From IMG/VR virus record IMGVR_UViG_2639763153_000002: 17,234 nucleotides of DNA; one strand, 5' to 3'. Under the pieces are notes generated by a model. It worked only from the letters and a program-made list of their open reading frames with translations. It was not told where the DNA came from and did not search any database. Shown here piece after piece: positions 1 through 6,643 of this stretch (its first letter is position 1; each line of letters opens with the position of its first letter). Source of the stretch: a virus (Duplodnaviria; Heunggongvirae; Uroviricota; Caudoviricetes). The translations under genes and the position numbers were made by a program.

Positions 1-1143
1 TCATACTGCTTTTTTACCAACAACGATCCACTCTTTGCCGCGGTCATCATTGTATCTGTCAGTCATTTTCATTGTTTTGTGGCCCAATAGTTTCTGAGTG
101 TCTATTCCTTGCTCACGATACAAGCGCTCTGAAAGAGACCTCTGTTCATGGAAAGTCGGTGCTGTTCCTTCTTCCCAGGTAAGACCGCTTTTTTCCCGTG
201 CTTTCTTGAACGTTGAAGTAAGTGTTTTGGCTGACACTTGGTCACCACGACTAGCTTGTGAGGTGCTATGGCGAAAATGAACAAGATATTTACTCACCAC
301 AGCATCTCTACATTTTGAAATAACATCACTCAGAGTAATATTTAACGCTTCATTTCTGAGGGAAAGGGGAATGGCTAAACGAGTTCCTGTTTTCTCCTGC
401 TCAATATGCAGCATATCATCCCATACATCCGAAAACTTCATATTGCAAATATCTCCGAGGCGTTGCCCTGTTACAATGGCAAGCAACATTCCACATTGTA
501 AATAAGGTTGTTGTTGTTCGGCGGATGTATAAATAACCTTCCATTCCTCCAGAGATAGCCTTTGTCTGCTTATCTTGTTTCGTGGCTGTTTCGTTGCTTG
601 GGCAGGGTTGTATCCTGGCGGAACGTGACCAGCATGTTGAGCCTCCTTAAAAACATCAATTAGTACCATCCGTACAACTTGAGCCATCCTGTTATGACCC
701 TCTGCCTTAACAGCATCTGTTATTTCGGAAATATCAAGTGCTGTTATATCTTTTAGATATTGCATACCACAATGTTCACGAAAAAGACGGATTGGTTTTG
801 CTTTCTGTCGAAAAGAGTTTGGTCGCAGTTCGTTGAGTTTCAATCTTTCCTCCTGCACCAATTCATATTTGTCGAGCCATGAAGAAACTGTAATATCAGT
901 GCGGTTTCCTTTCATGCGAGCCAGACGCTCGTTAATACCAAGGATCTGCCTGGTGCGCTGCTCTGCAATAATCGTATTTGCTTCACTTGCCACCTGCTTT
1001 GCTTCAGCTTCGTCCGTGCCGAGGCTATGAAAACGACCAGAGATAGGGTGTTTGTATTGCCAGTAAACCTTTCCGGTACGTTTATCAAGTTTGCAATATA
1101 GGTTTGGAATAGTGATTTTATGGGTACGCGGTCTAGCTGCCAT
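1..1143 (-). CDS. intE: Tyrosine recombinase, lambda-type phage integrase closely resembling e14 IntE
   Basis: N-terminal arm-binding segment (MAARPRTHKITIPNLYCKLDKRTG); catalytic residues in TGQRLGDI (R), EKT (K), FHEQR (HxxR), LLGHK (H), DRYND (Y); 380 aa, intact. Confidence 0.93.
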   Translation of the reverse strand: MAARPRTHKITIPNLYCKLDKRTGKVYWQYKHPISGRFHSLGTDEAEAKQVASEANTIIAEQRTRQILGINERLARMKGNRTDITVSSWLDKYELVQEERLKLNELRPNSFRQKAKPIRLFREHCGMQYLKDITALDISEITDAVKAEGHNRMAQVVRMVLIDVFKEAQHAGHVPPGYNPAQATKQPRNKISRQRLSLEEWKVIYTSAEQQQPYLQCGMLLAIVTGQRLGDICNMKFSDVWDDMLHIEQEKTGTRLAIPLSLRNEALNITLSDVISKCRDAVVSKYLVHFRHSTSQASRGDQVSAKTLTSTFKKAREKSGLTWEEGTAPTFHEQRSLSERLYREQGIDTQKLLGHKTMKMTDRYNDDRGKEWIVVGKKAV

Positions 1144-1369
1144 CGCTAATTATCCGTCTCAGTTTTGGGTTAACATGTATTGGAAGTTGAGGTTCAGCAA
1201 CTACACCTATAAAACGAGCTTCTTTGTCAACCATCCAGCGCCGCCCGACTCTCATCGGTGGTGGTGCTATCATCTGACCTTTAGCGTATTTTTTTAATAC
1301 TCGCTCGCTAGGGGCTTCACTGCCGAATTCATCTTTCGCCCATTCGAGTAAAGAGACCATACGTGACAT
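1133..1369 (-). CDS. xisE: Excisionase, e14 XisE-like, 78 aa (MSRMVSLLEWAKDEFGSEAPSERVLKKYAKG...)
   Basis: Sequence resembles e14 XisE; GGAGAAG RBS upstream of the ATG at 1369 (start trimmed from the 1480 ORF); overlaps the int start by 11 nt. Confidence 0.9.
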   Translation of the reverse strand: MSRMVSLLEWAKDEFGSEAPSERVLKKYAKGQMIAPPPMRVGRRWMVDKEARFIGVVAEPQLPIHVNPKLRRIISDGS

Positions 1370-1397
1370 TTCTTCTCCATATACCGGCTGCACCCGG

Positions 1398-1670
1398 TTA
1401 ACGAACGTTATAAGCACATGACGAGCAACCACCACGGATCCCGTCATTACATCTTCTGCATAGCTGGTGGTCTCGATCATCCTTATCTGTTTCGTAAATC
1501 TTCAGTTTGGCAATCACCGTTTTAGATACTGGTAGAATCTGTTTGCGAAGGTTTGCAACTTCATCGGCTAATTCCATAAGACGGCAATGAAGGTCCTTTG
1601 CTTCATCCTTATACCAAGCTAAATCATCCCGCATACGCCTCCATCGCCGGCGCTTTAATTTACTTGGCAT
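1398..1670 (-). CDS. Hypothetical phage protein, 90 aa: basic N-terminus, coiled coil, C-terminal CxxC-x7-CxxC putative zinc finger
   Basis: ORF co-oriented with the pL operon; CRRC...CSSC motif; ATG overlaps an upstream TGA (TGATG). Confidence 0.75.
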   Translation of the reverse strand: MPSKLKRRRWRRMRDDLAWYKDEAKDLHCRLMELADEVANLRKQILPVSKTVIAKLKIYETDKDDRDHQLCRRCNDGIRGGCSSCAYNVR

Positions 1671-1723
1671 CAGTCGTCATCCTCATCCTCGTCGTCACCG
1701 CAGGATGCGAGCAGTGGATTCAT
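1670..1723 (-). CDS. 17-aa acidic peptide MNPLLASCGDDEDEDDD, or the C-terminal remnant of a longer gene
   Basis: GGAG 1 nt before the ATG (too close for a good RBS); TGATG coupling to the next gene; the frame stays open upstream to about 1795 (...VLHNLGRRGYACQVGRR). Confidence 0.35.
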   Translation of the reverse strand: MNPLLASCGDDEDEDDD

Positions 1724-1895
1724 TCTCCGACCTACCTGGCAGGCGTACCCGCGGCGACCGAGGTTGTGCAGCACGCTGCGTCTTCTCCAGTTCCTCTACC
1801 AGCGATAACTCGAGTTTTCGCATATGGTCTTTACTACCAATTGCCAGATTTGAAAGATCAGCACGAAGCTGCGCCAGTTCGGGGATATTACTCAT
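1695..1895 (-). CDS. Hypothetical phage protein (MSNIPELAQLR...), possibly the truncated N-terminus of an Ea22/Ead-like protein
   Basis: ATGA overlap with the upstream 44-aa ORF; helical N-half ending in LVEELEKTQR followed by an atypical tail. Confidence 0.5.
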   Translation of the reverse strand: MSNIPELAQLRADLSNLAIGSKDHMRKLELSLVEELEKTQRAAQPRSPRVRLPGRSENESTARILR

Positions 1896-2026
1896 GCTGT
1901 CACCCATTCAATAATCATGCAGATCCCCCAGGTCACGACGAAAAAAGCGACCCAACCGGCAATTTCGATCACAGCTGCGAACCAGAGCAGGGCGCGCCGG
2001 CTGCAATTTTCAGTTTCAAAGTTCAT
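1892..2026 (-). CDS. 44-aa small membrane protein MNFETENCSRRALLWFAAVIEIAGWVAFFVVTWGICMIIEWVTA (below the ORF-track cutoff)
   Basis: Translated by hand; ATGA overlaps at both ends (ParB stop, next start); GGAGG RBS; long hydrophobic stretch. Confidence 0.75.
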   Translation of the reverse strand: MNFETENCSRRALLWFAAVIEIAGWVAFFVVTWGICMIIEWVTA

Positions 2027-2808
2027 TGCGCCTCCCCAAGCACCCAGCGCAGAGCCTCGGCATATTCGCCGCTGGCATCTTCGAGGGCTTTTGCAATTTC
2101 CTTGCGTGATTTGATACGCTGCTTTGCTTCACCGAGTATCTGACGTTGCCGACGGGCTTTTTCGTGGCCTTTGGTACCAGCGGTCGCCAGCTCGATTTCT
2201 GCCACTTTTGTCCGCTGTTCTTCAGGTGGGAGCGCACCAAGCTGACGCGCCTGGGTAACGGTGACAGTTCCGGACTCCACTGCATCTCGTACAGCCTGGG
2301 TGGCATCCAGCAATGACAGCGTTGCGCGTACGGTCTGGACACTCACGCCAAACATCAGCGCTAAATCGTCCTCGTCGTGGCCGCGCTCCAGCGCATCAGC
2401 CATTTTCTTTGCTCGGCCCAGCGGTGTATCTGCCTGGCGGATTTCGTTAGCACTTACCATCGCCTGCGCCATGCGAATGGCGGAGCCACGTTTAGCGACT
2501 GCCGGAACCAGTAACGGTTCTTTGCCTTCTTTCGTCAGACGCTTGTTAGCTTCCAGTGTATGGCGCACACGCTGGCGGCCATCAACCACACAAGACAGCC
2601 CTGTCTCCGGGTCTTTCCAGACGATAATCGGCTCAAGAACGCCCTGGTCCATGATATTCAGCACCATTGCCTCGCTGATAGGCAGGTGGATGCGCTCATC
2701 GTAAAGCGGGTGCGTTTTGTCGATAACCAGGTGCAGTTTTTCAGGTTCAAACGCTAAAACGTTCGTTTTGCCGCTGGCGCCGTATACAACCTTTGAGTCT
2801 TTAGCCAT
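2023..2808 (-). CDS. ParB/Srx-like N-terminal domain plus HTH phage protein
   Basis: GVLEPIIV...VVDGRQR (ParB GxxR-type motif), followed by ANEIR and an HTH (DDLALMFGVSVQTVR); start set at MAKDSK. Confidence 0.85.
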   Translation of the reverse strand: MAKDSKVVYGASGKTNVLAFEPEKLHLVIDKTHPLYDERIHLPISEAMVLNIMDQGVLEPIIVWKDPETGLSCVVDGRQRVRHTLEANKRLTKEGKEPLLVPAVAKRGSAIRMAQAMVSANEIRQADTPLGRAKKMADALERGHDEDDLALMFGVSVQTVRATLSLLDATQAVRDAVESGTVTVTQARQLGALPPEEQRTKVAEIELATAGTKGHEKARRQRQILGEAKQRIKSRKEIAKALEDASGEYAEALRWVLGEAQ

Positions 2809-3001
2809 GGTTATTAACCCCATTCAGGCCTGCCAACACTGCAGCCTGTGCTGTGTTTTGGTCCATTGCTTCGGTAAGGGCGATGAACGTTACATCCAGC
2901 CGTGAAGCGATATTGCGCATTAACTCTGCTTTTTCCGGTGGTAGATCGGGTGCCGCAGCGTAAGCTGCAGCGACCAGTTCTTTAACTTTCATATGTGCCA
3001 T
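2801..3001 (-). CDS. Hypothetical phage protein, 66 aa
   Basis: Coupled to the yfdR stop (TAATG) and overlaps the ParB start; helical composition. Confidence 0.75.
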   Translation of the reverse strand: MAHMKVKELVAAAYAAAPDLPPEKAELMRNIASRLDVTFIALTEAMDQNTAQAAVLAGLNGVNNHG

Positions 3002-3528
3002 TAGCGCCGCTCCATCAGCTGGTGGAAGCGGTTCATGAACATCCCGTAGGCCTGGCCTGGGCGAACCGGATTAATAACGAATTGATCCGTCGGAATAATG
3101 CCTTCGAGCATGGGCCAGACAGTGCCGTAGTCGATCTCAAAATCACGACGTTCGCTGGCCAACATCACCAGGTCGGCATATTTAACGGTCGAGTGCTGCT
3201 CAGCCGGCAGGCCGAATTTCTGACGTATTGCAGAATCAACCCGAATCTCCATTGCGCAATAGTCAGGTAAGAGGTGCTTAAGCGGAGCCGGAATATCCTG
3301 CAGGTAAGCCTCGGCAGCATCGTGGAGAAGTGCCTCAAGTGCGAACTCCTGCGGTACGAGCAGGCTGGATAAAACGCTGTGCTGTCCAACGCTGTAGAAC
3401 TCTGGCAGGTGGCCGGCAAATCGGCAGATATGCGAGAGGGCGGTGGCAATATCCTCGATCTCGATCGCGTCTTGATGGATATCGAGATAACTAAACTGTT
3501 TTCCTGAAAGGGTTTGTATAAAGCTCAT
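3001..3528 (-). CDS. yfdR: HD-domain phosphohydrolase, YfdR/YfbR (5'-deoxynucleotidase)-like
   Basis: GQHS...LLHDAAEAY...YAD HD motifs; MSFIQTLSGK N-terminus like CPS-53 YfdR; GGAG RBS before the ATG at 3528. Confidence 0.88.
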   Translation of the reverse strand: MSFIQTLSGKQFSYLDIHQDAIEIEDIATALSHICRFAGHLPEFYSVGQHSVLSSLLVPQEFALEALLHDAAEAYLQDIPAPLKHLLPDYCAMEIRVDSAIRQKFGLPAEQHSTVKYADLVMLASERRDFEIDYGTVWPMLEGIIPTDQFVINPVRPGQAYGMFMNRFHQLMERR

Positions 3529-3560
3529 TTTTTCTCCATAACCAAATATCGCTTGGGTTG

Positions 3561-3588
3561 TTGCGTTTATTTGTGAATGCGGTATAAT
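3561..3588 (+). promoter_or_regulatory. Sigma70 promoter firing antisense to the pL operon
   Basis: TTGCGT (3561-3566), 16 bp spacer, perfect TATAAT (3583-3588). Confidence 0.7.
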
Positions 3589-3718
3589 CCCTGCACGGAT
3601 CATTCCAAATCAACTCTGGTTGTTTGGCGTGAATTTGCTCTCTATTTCAGTAGCTGCATTAGCGTTGGTAGCCGATATTGTGACTATCTATCCATTTATC
3701 GCATTAGGAGAAACCGCT

Positions 3719-3802
3719 ATGACTGCAACTGTTGTCACTGAAATCTTTGTATTAGTAACTTGCGGGTGTGCGTTGCGGGCTGCAAACCTGATGCAAAGCT
3801 GA
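3719..3802 (+). CDS. 27-aa hydrophobic sORF MTATVVTEIFVLVTCGCALRAANLMQS; an in-frame upstream TTG at 3620 would give a 60-aa two-TM version
   Basis: AGGAG RBS 8 nt before the ATG; lies between a promoter and a terminator. Confidence 0.5.
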   Translation: MTATVVTEIFVLVTCGCALRAANLMQS

Positions 3803-3876
3803 ATTTGAGACTAGTTTCTGCCATCCGAACCATACTCTTCGATGAGATGAGTAGCTCATGCCCGCACCAATTCAAG

Positions 3877-3901
3877 AACCTCGCCTTTGGCGGGGTTTTT
3901 T
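3877..3901 (+). terminator. Rho-independent terminator of the antisense mini-unit
   Basis: AACCTCGCC-TTT-GGCGGGGTT followed by a T tract. Confidence 0.85.
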
Positions 3902-3955
3902 GTTATGGCGTTATTGTGATGTTTCCATCTGCTAACTTAATCAAAGCTGGTGGTT

Positions 3956-3975
3956 ATCCCCGCTGCTGCGGGGAT
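3956..3975. other. GC-rich hairpin downstream of yfdQ (stability or pause element)
   Basis: ATCCCCGC-TGCT-GCGGGGAT perfect 8-bp stem, no U tract. Confidence 0.55.
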
Positions 3976-4003
3976 TAAAGACTGCGCGATCATGCTTGAT
4001 CTA

Positions 4004-4831
4004 TCAGGCTTTGAAATTACCGATAAAGGTATCTACCGGCTTGTTATCGAACTGAGCGACCAACAAATCGCGGAATTCGTTAGCCATTTCTTCTTCCCGT
4101 GCTTCGAGTTGAACAATCCGCAGCACAAATATTGGTTCGCCACTTTTAAGTAGGCTGTTACGAAGAATAAAGCGGCGCTCGCCAAGGCCTTCGTAAGGGA
4201 TGCACTTAAATTCGAACGCGACCGGCATTACATCTTTGCTACTCGCTTCAACACTTTGCATCAGCGATTTTTTACCGGCGAAATCACTATCTTCGTGTTC
4301 GGCCTGATTAGTCTGCTGGATAGTCACACGACGAACAGCCTGTGCCGCTTTGGAGATATCCATGGTTGTCCCTTCAGTATCGAAAGCGAGCAATAAATCG
4401 CTCCAATCTTCGAGCCATTCGGCAATTTGTTTCTGGCTCAAGCGATCGCCATTGACTGCGAGCAAGGCCCGGAAAGGTGCTGTTTTTTTTAGGCGGATTG
4501 ACGCTACGTTGTCTGCATGCCCAGGTTCGTCTAGGGAACCGATGTTAAACACTGCACGGGCTGACATGCTCTCTGCGTCGATGAAACAGCGGGCTGGAGT
4601 ATCAATAACAGCATAGCCAACTGAATAACGAACGAAATCGGCAATGCTGGTTGTTTCCAGGGTTCCACGGAAGCGGAAACGGTTGAGGTTAAAGCGCTCC
4701 AGGCTTTCGATACCATACCCGGACGGCAACATAACCGTGGGGCATATGGTAGTTTTCAGATCCTGCGTGTGGACCGCAGCAAGAGTTAGCTCCTGAATTT
4801 TCTCGATAGCGTCGCCGTTTAATTGTGACAT
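4004..4831 (-). CDS. yfdQ: YfdQ family (DUF2303) phage protein
   Basis: ESLERF...RFRFRG.L.TTSI.DF.RY and AAQAVRRVTI...KKSLMQSVEA motifs typical of YfdQ; located between yfdP and yfdR. Confidence 0.88.
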   Translation of the reverse strand: MSQLNGDAIEKIQELTLAAVHTQDLKTTICPTVMLPSGYGIESLERFNLNRFRFRGTLETTSIADFVRYSVGYAVIDTPARCFIDAESMSARAVFNIGSLDEPGHADNVASIRLKKTAPFRALLAVNGDRLSQKQIAEWLEDWSDLLLAFDTEGTTMDISKAAQAVRRVTIQQTNQAEHEDSDFAGKKSLMQSVEASSKDVMPVAFEFKCIPYEGLGERRFILRNSLLKSGEPIFVLRIVQLEAREEEMANEFRDLLVAQFDNKPVDTFIGNFKA

Positions 4832-4877
4832 AGGTTTTCCTTAAAGATTTACGGTTAAAGAACAGGTCGGTCGCGGC

Positions 4878-5249
4878 TTATTTAGCCGCCCGTAGCTTTC
4901 CATCAGGATCGCCAGCGAGGTTAAACAGGTTGCCCTGATCTTCCTGCAGGATCGTGAGCTTCCCACCTTTGTTAACCCACATTGGTGTTTCGGTGGTGTC
5001 CTCTTCGGACGCTTTGCCGCGTGGGGTAGGAGTGCTGTAATTCAGGCGATGCTTGATCTTGACACGCTTCTCTTCAACAGAGTTACCCATACGTTCAAAA
5101 TCAAAGGTGAGGACTACCTTGCCTTTGTTGCCGTTGTTAAGAACACCGAGCGCGGTGGTATTGAGCGCCGCCGCAATCTTGTTCATGAATACGCCGGCGT
5201 CAAGTTCACTCAGGAAATCGGGCACGACTGTCATGCGATCATTACTCAT
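4878..5249 (-). CDS. yfdP: YfdP-like phage protein, 123 aa
   Basis: MSNDRMTVVPDFLSELDAGVFMNKI...TETPMWVNKGGKLTILQEDQG; GAGG RBS; start trimmed from the 5498 ORF. Confidence 0.85.
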   Translation of the reverse strand: MSNDRMTVVPDFLSELDAGVFMNKIAAALNTTALGVLNNGNKGKVVLTFDFERMGNSVEEKRVKIKHRLNYSTPTPRGKASEEDTTETPMWVNKGGKLTILQEDQGNLFNLAGDPDGKLRAAK

Positions 5250-5297
5250 GGTTTTTACCCTCATGAAAGGCGGCTGCAACCGCCGGATTTTCTCCAT

Positions 5298-5387
5298 ACA
5301 CAACACAGAAGAGCATCTGCGGTTGACAGCCGCCCGGGTGGATTGGGTTATGAGCCCGTCGCCCGGTGATGCTCTTGTGTCTTGTGT
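5298..5387 (-). ncRNA. Structured pL-leader cassette C, putative RNase III-processed RNA
   Basis: Closing stem ACACAAGACACA-AGAGCATC ... GATGCTCT-TC-TGTGTTGTGT with internal hairpins. Confidence 0.5.
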
Positions 5388-5445
5388 AAAAAGGGCGGTA
5401 CCAGAAACAAAGGGAAACTGGCACCGCCAAAACTTCACACAGCTT
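5388..5445 (-). ncRNA. DicF-like small RNA / terminator hairpin
   Basis: GTTTTGGCGGTGCCAG-TTTCCCTTTGTTT-CTGGTACCGCCC-TTTTT resembles DicF (GTTTGGCGGTATCAGTTT...GCCGCCC, recalled); 11-bp stem plus U tract. Confidence 0.6.
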
Positions 5446-5616
5446 TCGTTACAGGTACTACGGGTTACCACGCTGGCTACGTGATGGGGTTGTGACACCA
5501 GGTCGCTAATCTGCTTACTTCCCGTCGCTCTGTTTTGGTATTGGCAACCAGCTGCTGTTACTCAGTCGATTCCCGGGTCTTTGCGTCGACCGGCGCTGCA
5601 GTACGCTTGTACACGT

Positions 5617-5735
5617 CACAACGGAGAGAGCACTGGGTTCCGATTCTTCTACGAGCAGCGCTGACTTACTCGCTTCTTCGTCGGGACGATAACTGTCAGC
5701 TTTCGGAGTTACCGCCAATGCTCTCACCTGTTGTG
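5617..5735 (-). ncRNA. Structured pL-leader cassette B
   Basis: CACAAC-AGGT-GAGAGCATTGG ... CCAGTGCTCTC-TCC-GTTGTG enclosing nested stems TCCGA/TCGGA, GCTGAC/GTCAGC and TCGTC/GACGA. Confidence 0.5.
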
Positions 5736-5907
5736 TCCCGGACTCTTCCCGGGCGTCACACCTTTTCGCCGCGCTGGTGGGGCGCACGTCGTGCCTGAAA
5801 CACTTAGCTTGCACATTCTTCCGGAATTCCTGAGAGCGCATGGATAAAGGTAACTCTCAGGCGGCTAACGCTGCATGTGCCATACAGCGGTTGCGAATAT
5901 TGCCGTT

Positions 5908-5984
5908 CACAACTGGAAGCGCACTCCTTCAGTTACAAACCAGTCCCCACGACGGATGAAGATGGAATGCGCTTTCATGTTGTG
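5908..5984 (-). ncRNA. Structured pL-leader cassette A
   Basis: CACAAC-ATGA-AAGCGCATTCC ... GGAGTGCGCTT-CCA-GTTGTG. Confidence 0.5.
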
Positions 5985-6026
5985 TGCCTGCTTTTATCCA
6001 CATCAGGCGAGGTGGATCCTGGTTAT

Positions 6027-6072
6027 TCCCCAACAACAAGGATTCGGGTAATCTGGATATCCCCAACAACAA
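6027..6072 (+). repeat. 13-bp direct repeat TCCCCAACAACAA, two copies (6027-6039, 6060-6072)
   Basis: Exact copies at a 33-bp period at the left border of the micropeptide cassette. Confidence 0.85.
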
Positions 6073-6086
6073 ATGGAGTTTCGATA

Positions 6087-6167
6087 ATGAGCTATGACTA
6101 CGAAGAGCGGCATATGCCTCCGTTTAAGAGGCCTGAGCCCCCTCCGAAACCTGATGATTCAGACTGA
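6087..6167 (+). CDS. Proline-rich micropeptide 1, 26 aa MSYDYEERHMPPFKRPEPPPKPDDSD
   Basis: TGGAG RBS 8 nt upstream; the stop overlaps the RBS of the next gene; shares a motif with micropeptide 2. Confidence 0.7.
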   Translation: MSYDYEERHMPPFKRPEPPPKPDDSD

Positions 6168-6175
6168 GGTGTGAA

Positions 6176-6628
6176 ATGACCCGCGACGATATGATTTTTG
6201 ATGTGAACTACTCATTTCATTTAGAGAAACTGTATTTCACTGTTCTTACTAGAATTGACAAAGCAATCACTATGCTATTAATCGTCTTGGGTTTTTCTGT
6301 TTTTGCACCTTTCATGAATTTATTTTTATTCGGTGTATCCGTTGCTTTTTTATCTGTTATTCAACTGGTCTATCAATTTGGACAGGCAGCTGGTCTTTCT
6401 AAAGAGCAGATGAGGCAATATAGAAGACTACTCGTAGAGCTAAGCTCTCTAACAGATGAAGAGTTGCGAGAAAAATACATAAAAATTCAAGATGCCGATA
6501 GCATTCCGTGGCAGTCATTGCAAGAAGCTGCTTTTAAGCGAACCTGTATTTCTTTAGGAAGAAATTGCGAGATTAACTTATCCTTGAGAAAACGTGTTAT
6601 TGCATGGATTGCCGGGGATATGCCCTGA
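6176..6628 (+). CDS. 150-aa two-TM membrane protein with SLATT-like topology; candidate anti-phage effector
   Basis: N-terminal helix, adjacent hydrophobic segments AITMLLIVLGFSVFAPF and LFLFGVSVAFLSVIQLVYQF, then a charged helical C-terminus; GAGGTG RBS; visibly AT-richer than the backbone. Confidence 0.75.
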   Translation: MTRDDMIFDVNYSFHLEKLYFTVLTRIDKAITMLLIVLGFSVFAPFMNLFLFGVSVAFLSVIQLVYQFGQAAGLSKEQMRQYRRLLVELSSLTDEELREKYIKIQDADSIPWQSLQEAAFKRTCISLGRNCEINLSLRKRVIAWIAGDMP

Positions 6629-6643
6629 CTTTAAGGACTAGAC

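Noticed and set aside
1598-2704. Long plus-strand ORFs 1598-2143 and 2261-2704
   Set aside because: Antisense shadows of genuine minus-strand genes, with no RBS or domain signal
3762-3869. Canonical tRNA-Cys(GCA) gene
   Set aside because: No D arm, no TTCRA T loop and an oversized middle region; kept only as a tRNA-like finding
3536-3908. Integron attC site (CCATAAC ... GTTATGG)
   Set aside because: The arms are ~360 bp apart with no L boxes, and no integron integrase is present
5515-5841. 108-aa ORF in the pL leader (also the plus-strand 5535-5798 ORF and the 23-aa MKAHSIF ORF in cassette A)
   Set aside because: No convincing RBS or protein-like composition; they coincide with strong RNA stems and are better explained as non-coding
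5298-5984. C4/P4 CI antisense RNA, or a twister ribozyme around 5540-5610
   Set aside because: The C4-type cloverleaf signature is not seen; the twister similarity (ACTGC..GCCGGTC..CCCGG) lacks the cleavage-site loop and the second pseudoknot
5298-6072. CRISPR or mini-CRISPR array
   Set aside because: The repeats are paired stem arms or only two 13-bp copies, with irregular spacing; no cas genes
5877-6086. N-terminal 70 aa of the 96-aa ORF 5877-6167
   Set aside because: It is the antisense read of the structured leader; the RBS-supported start is the ATG at 6087
6176-6628. BstA or RexB homologue
   Set aside because: The locus is similar, but size, orientation relative to cI and two-TM topology do not fit either protein as I recall them
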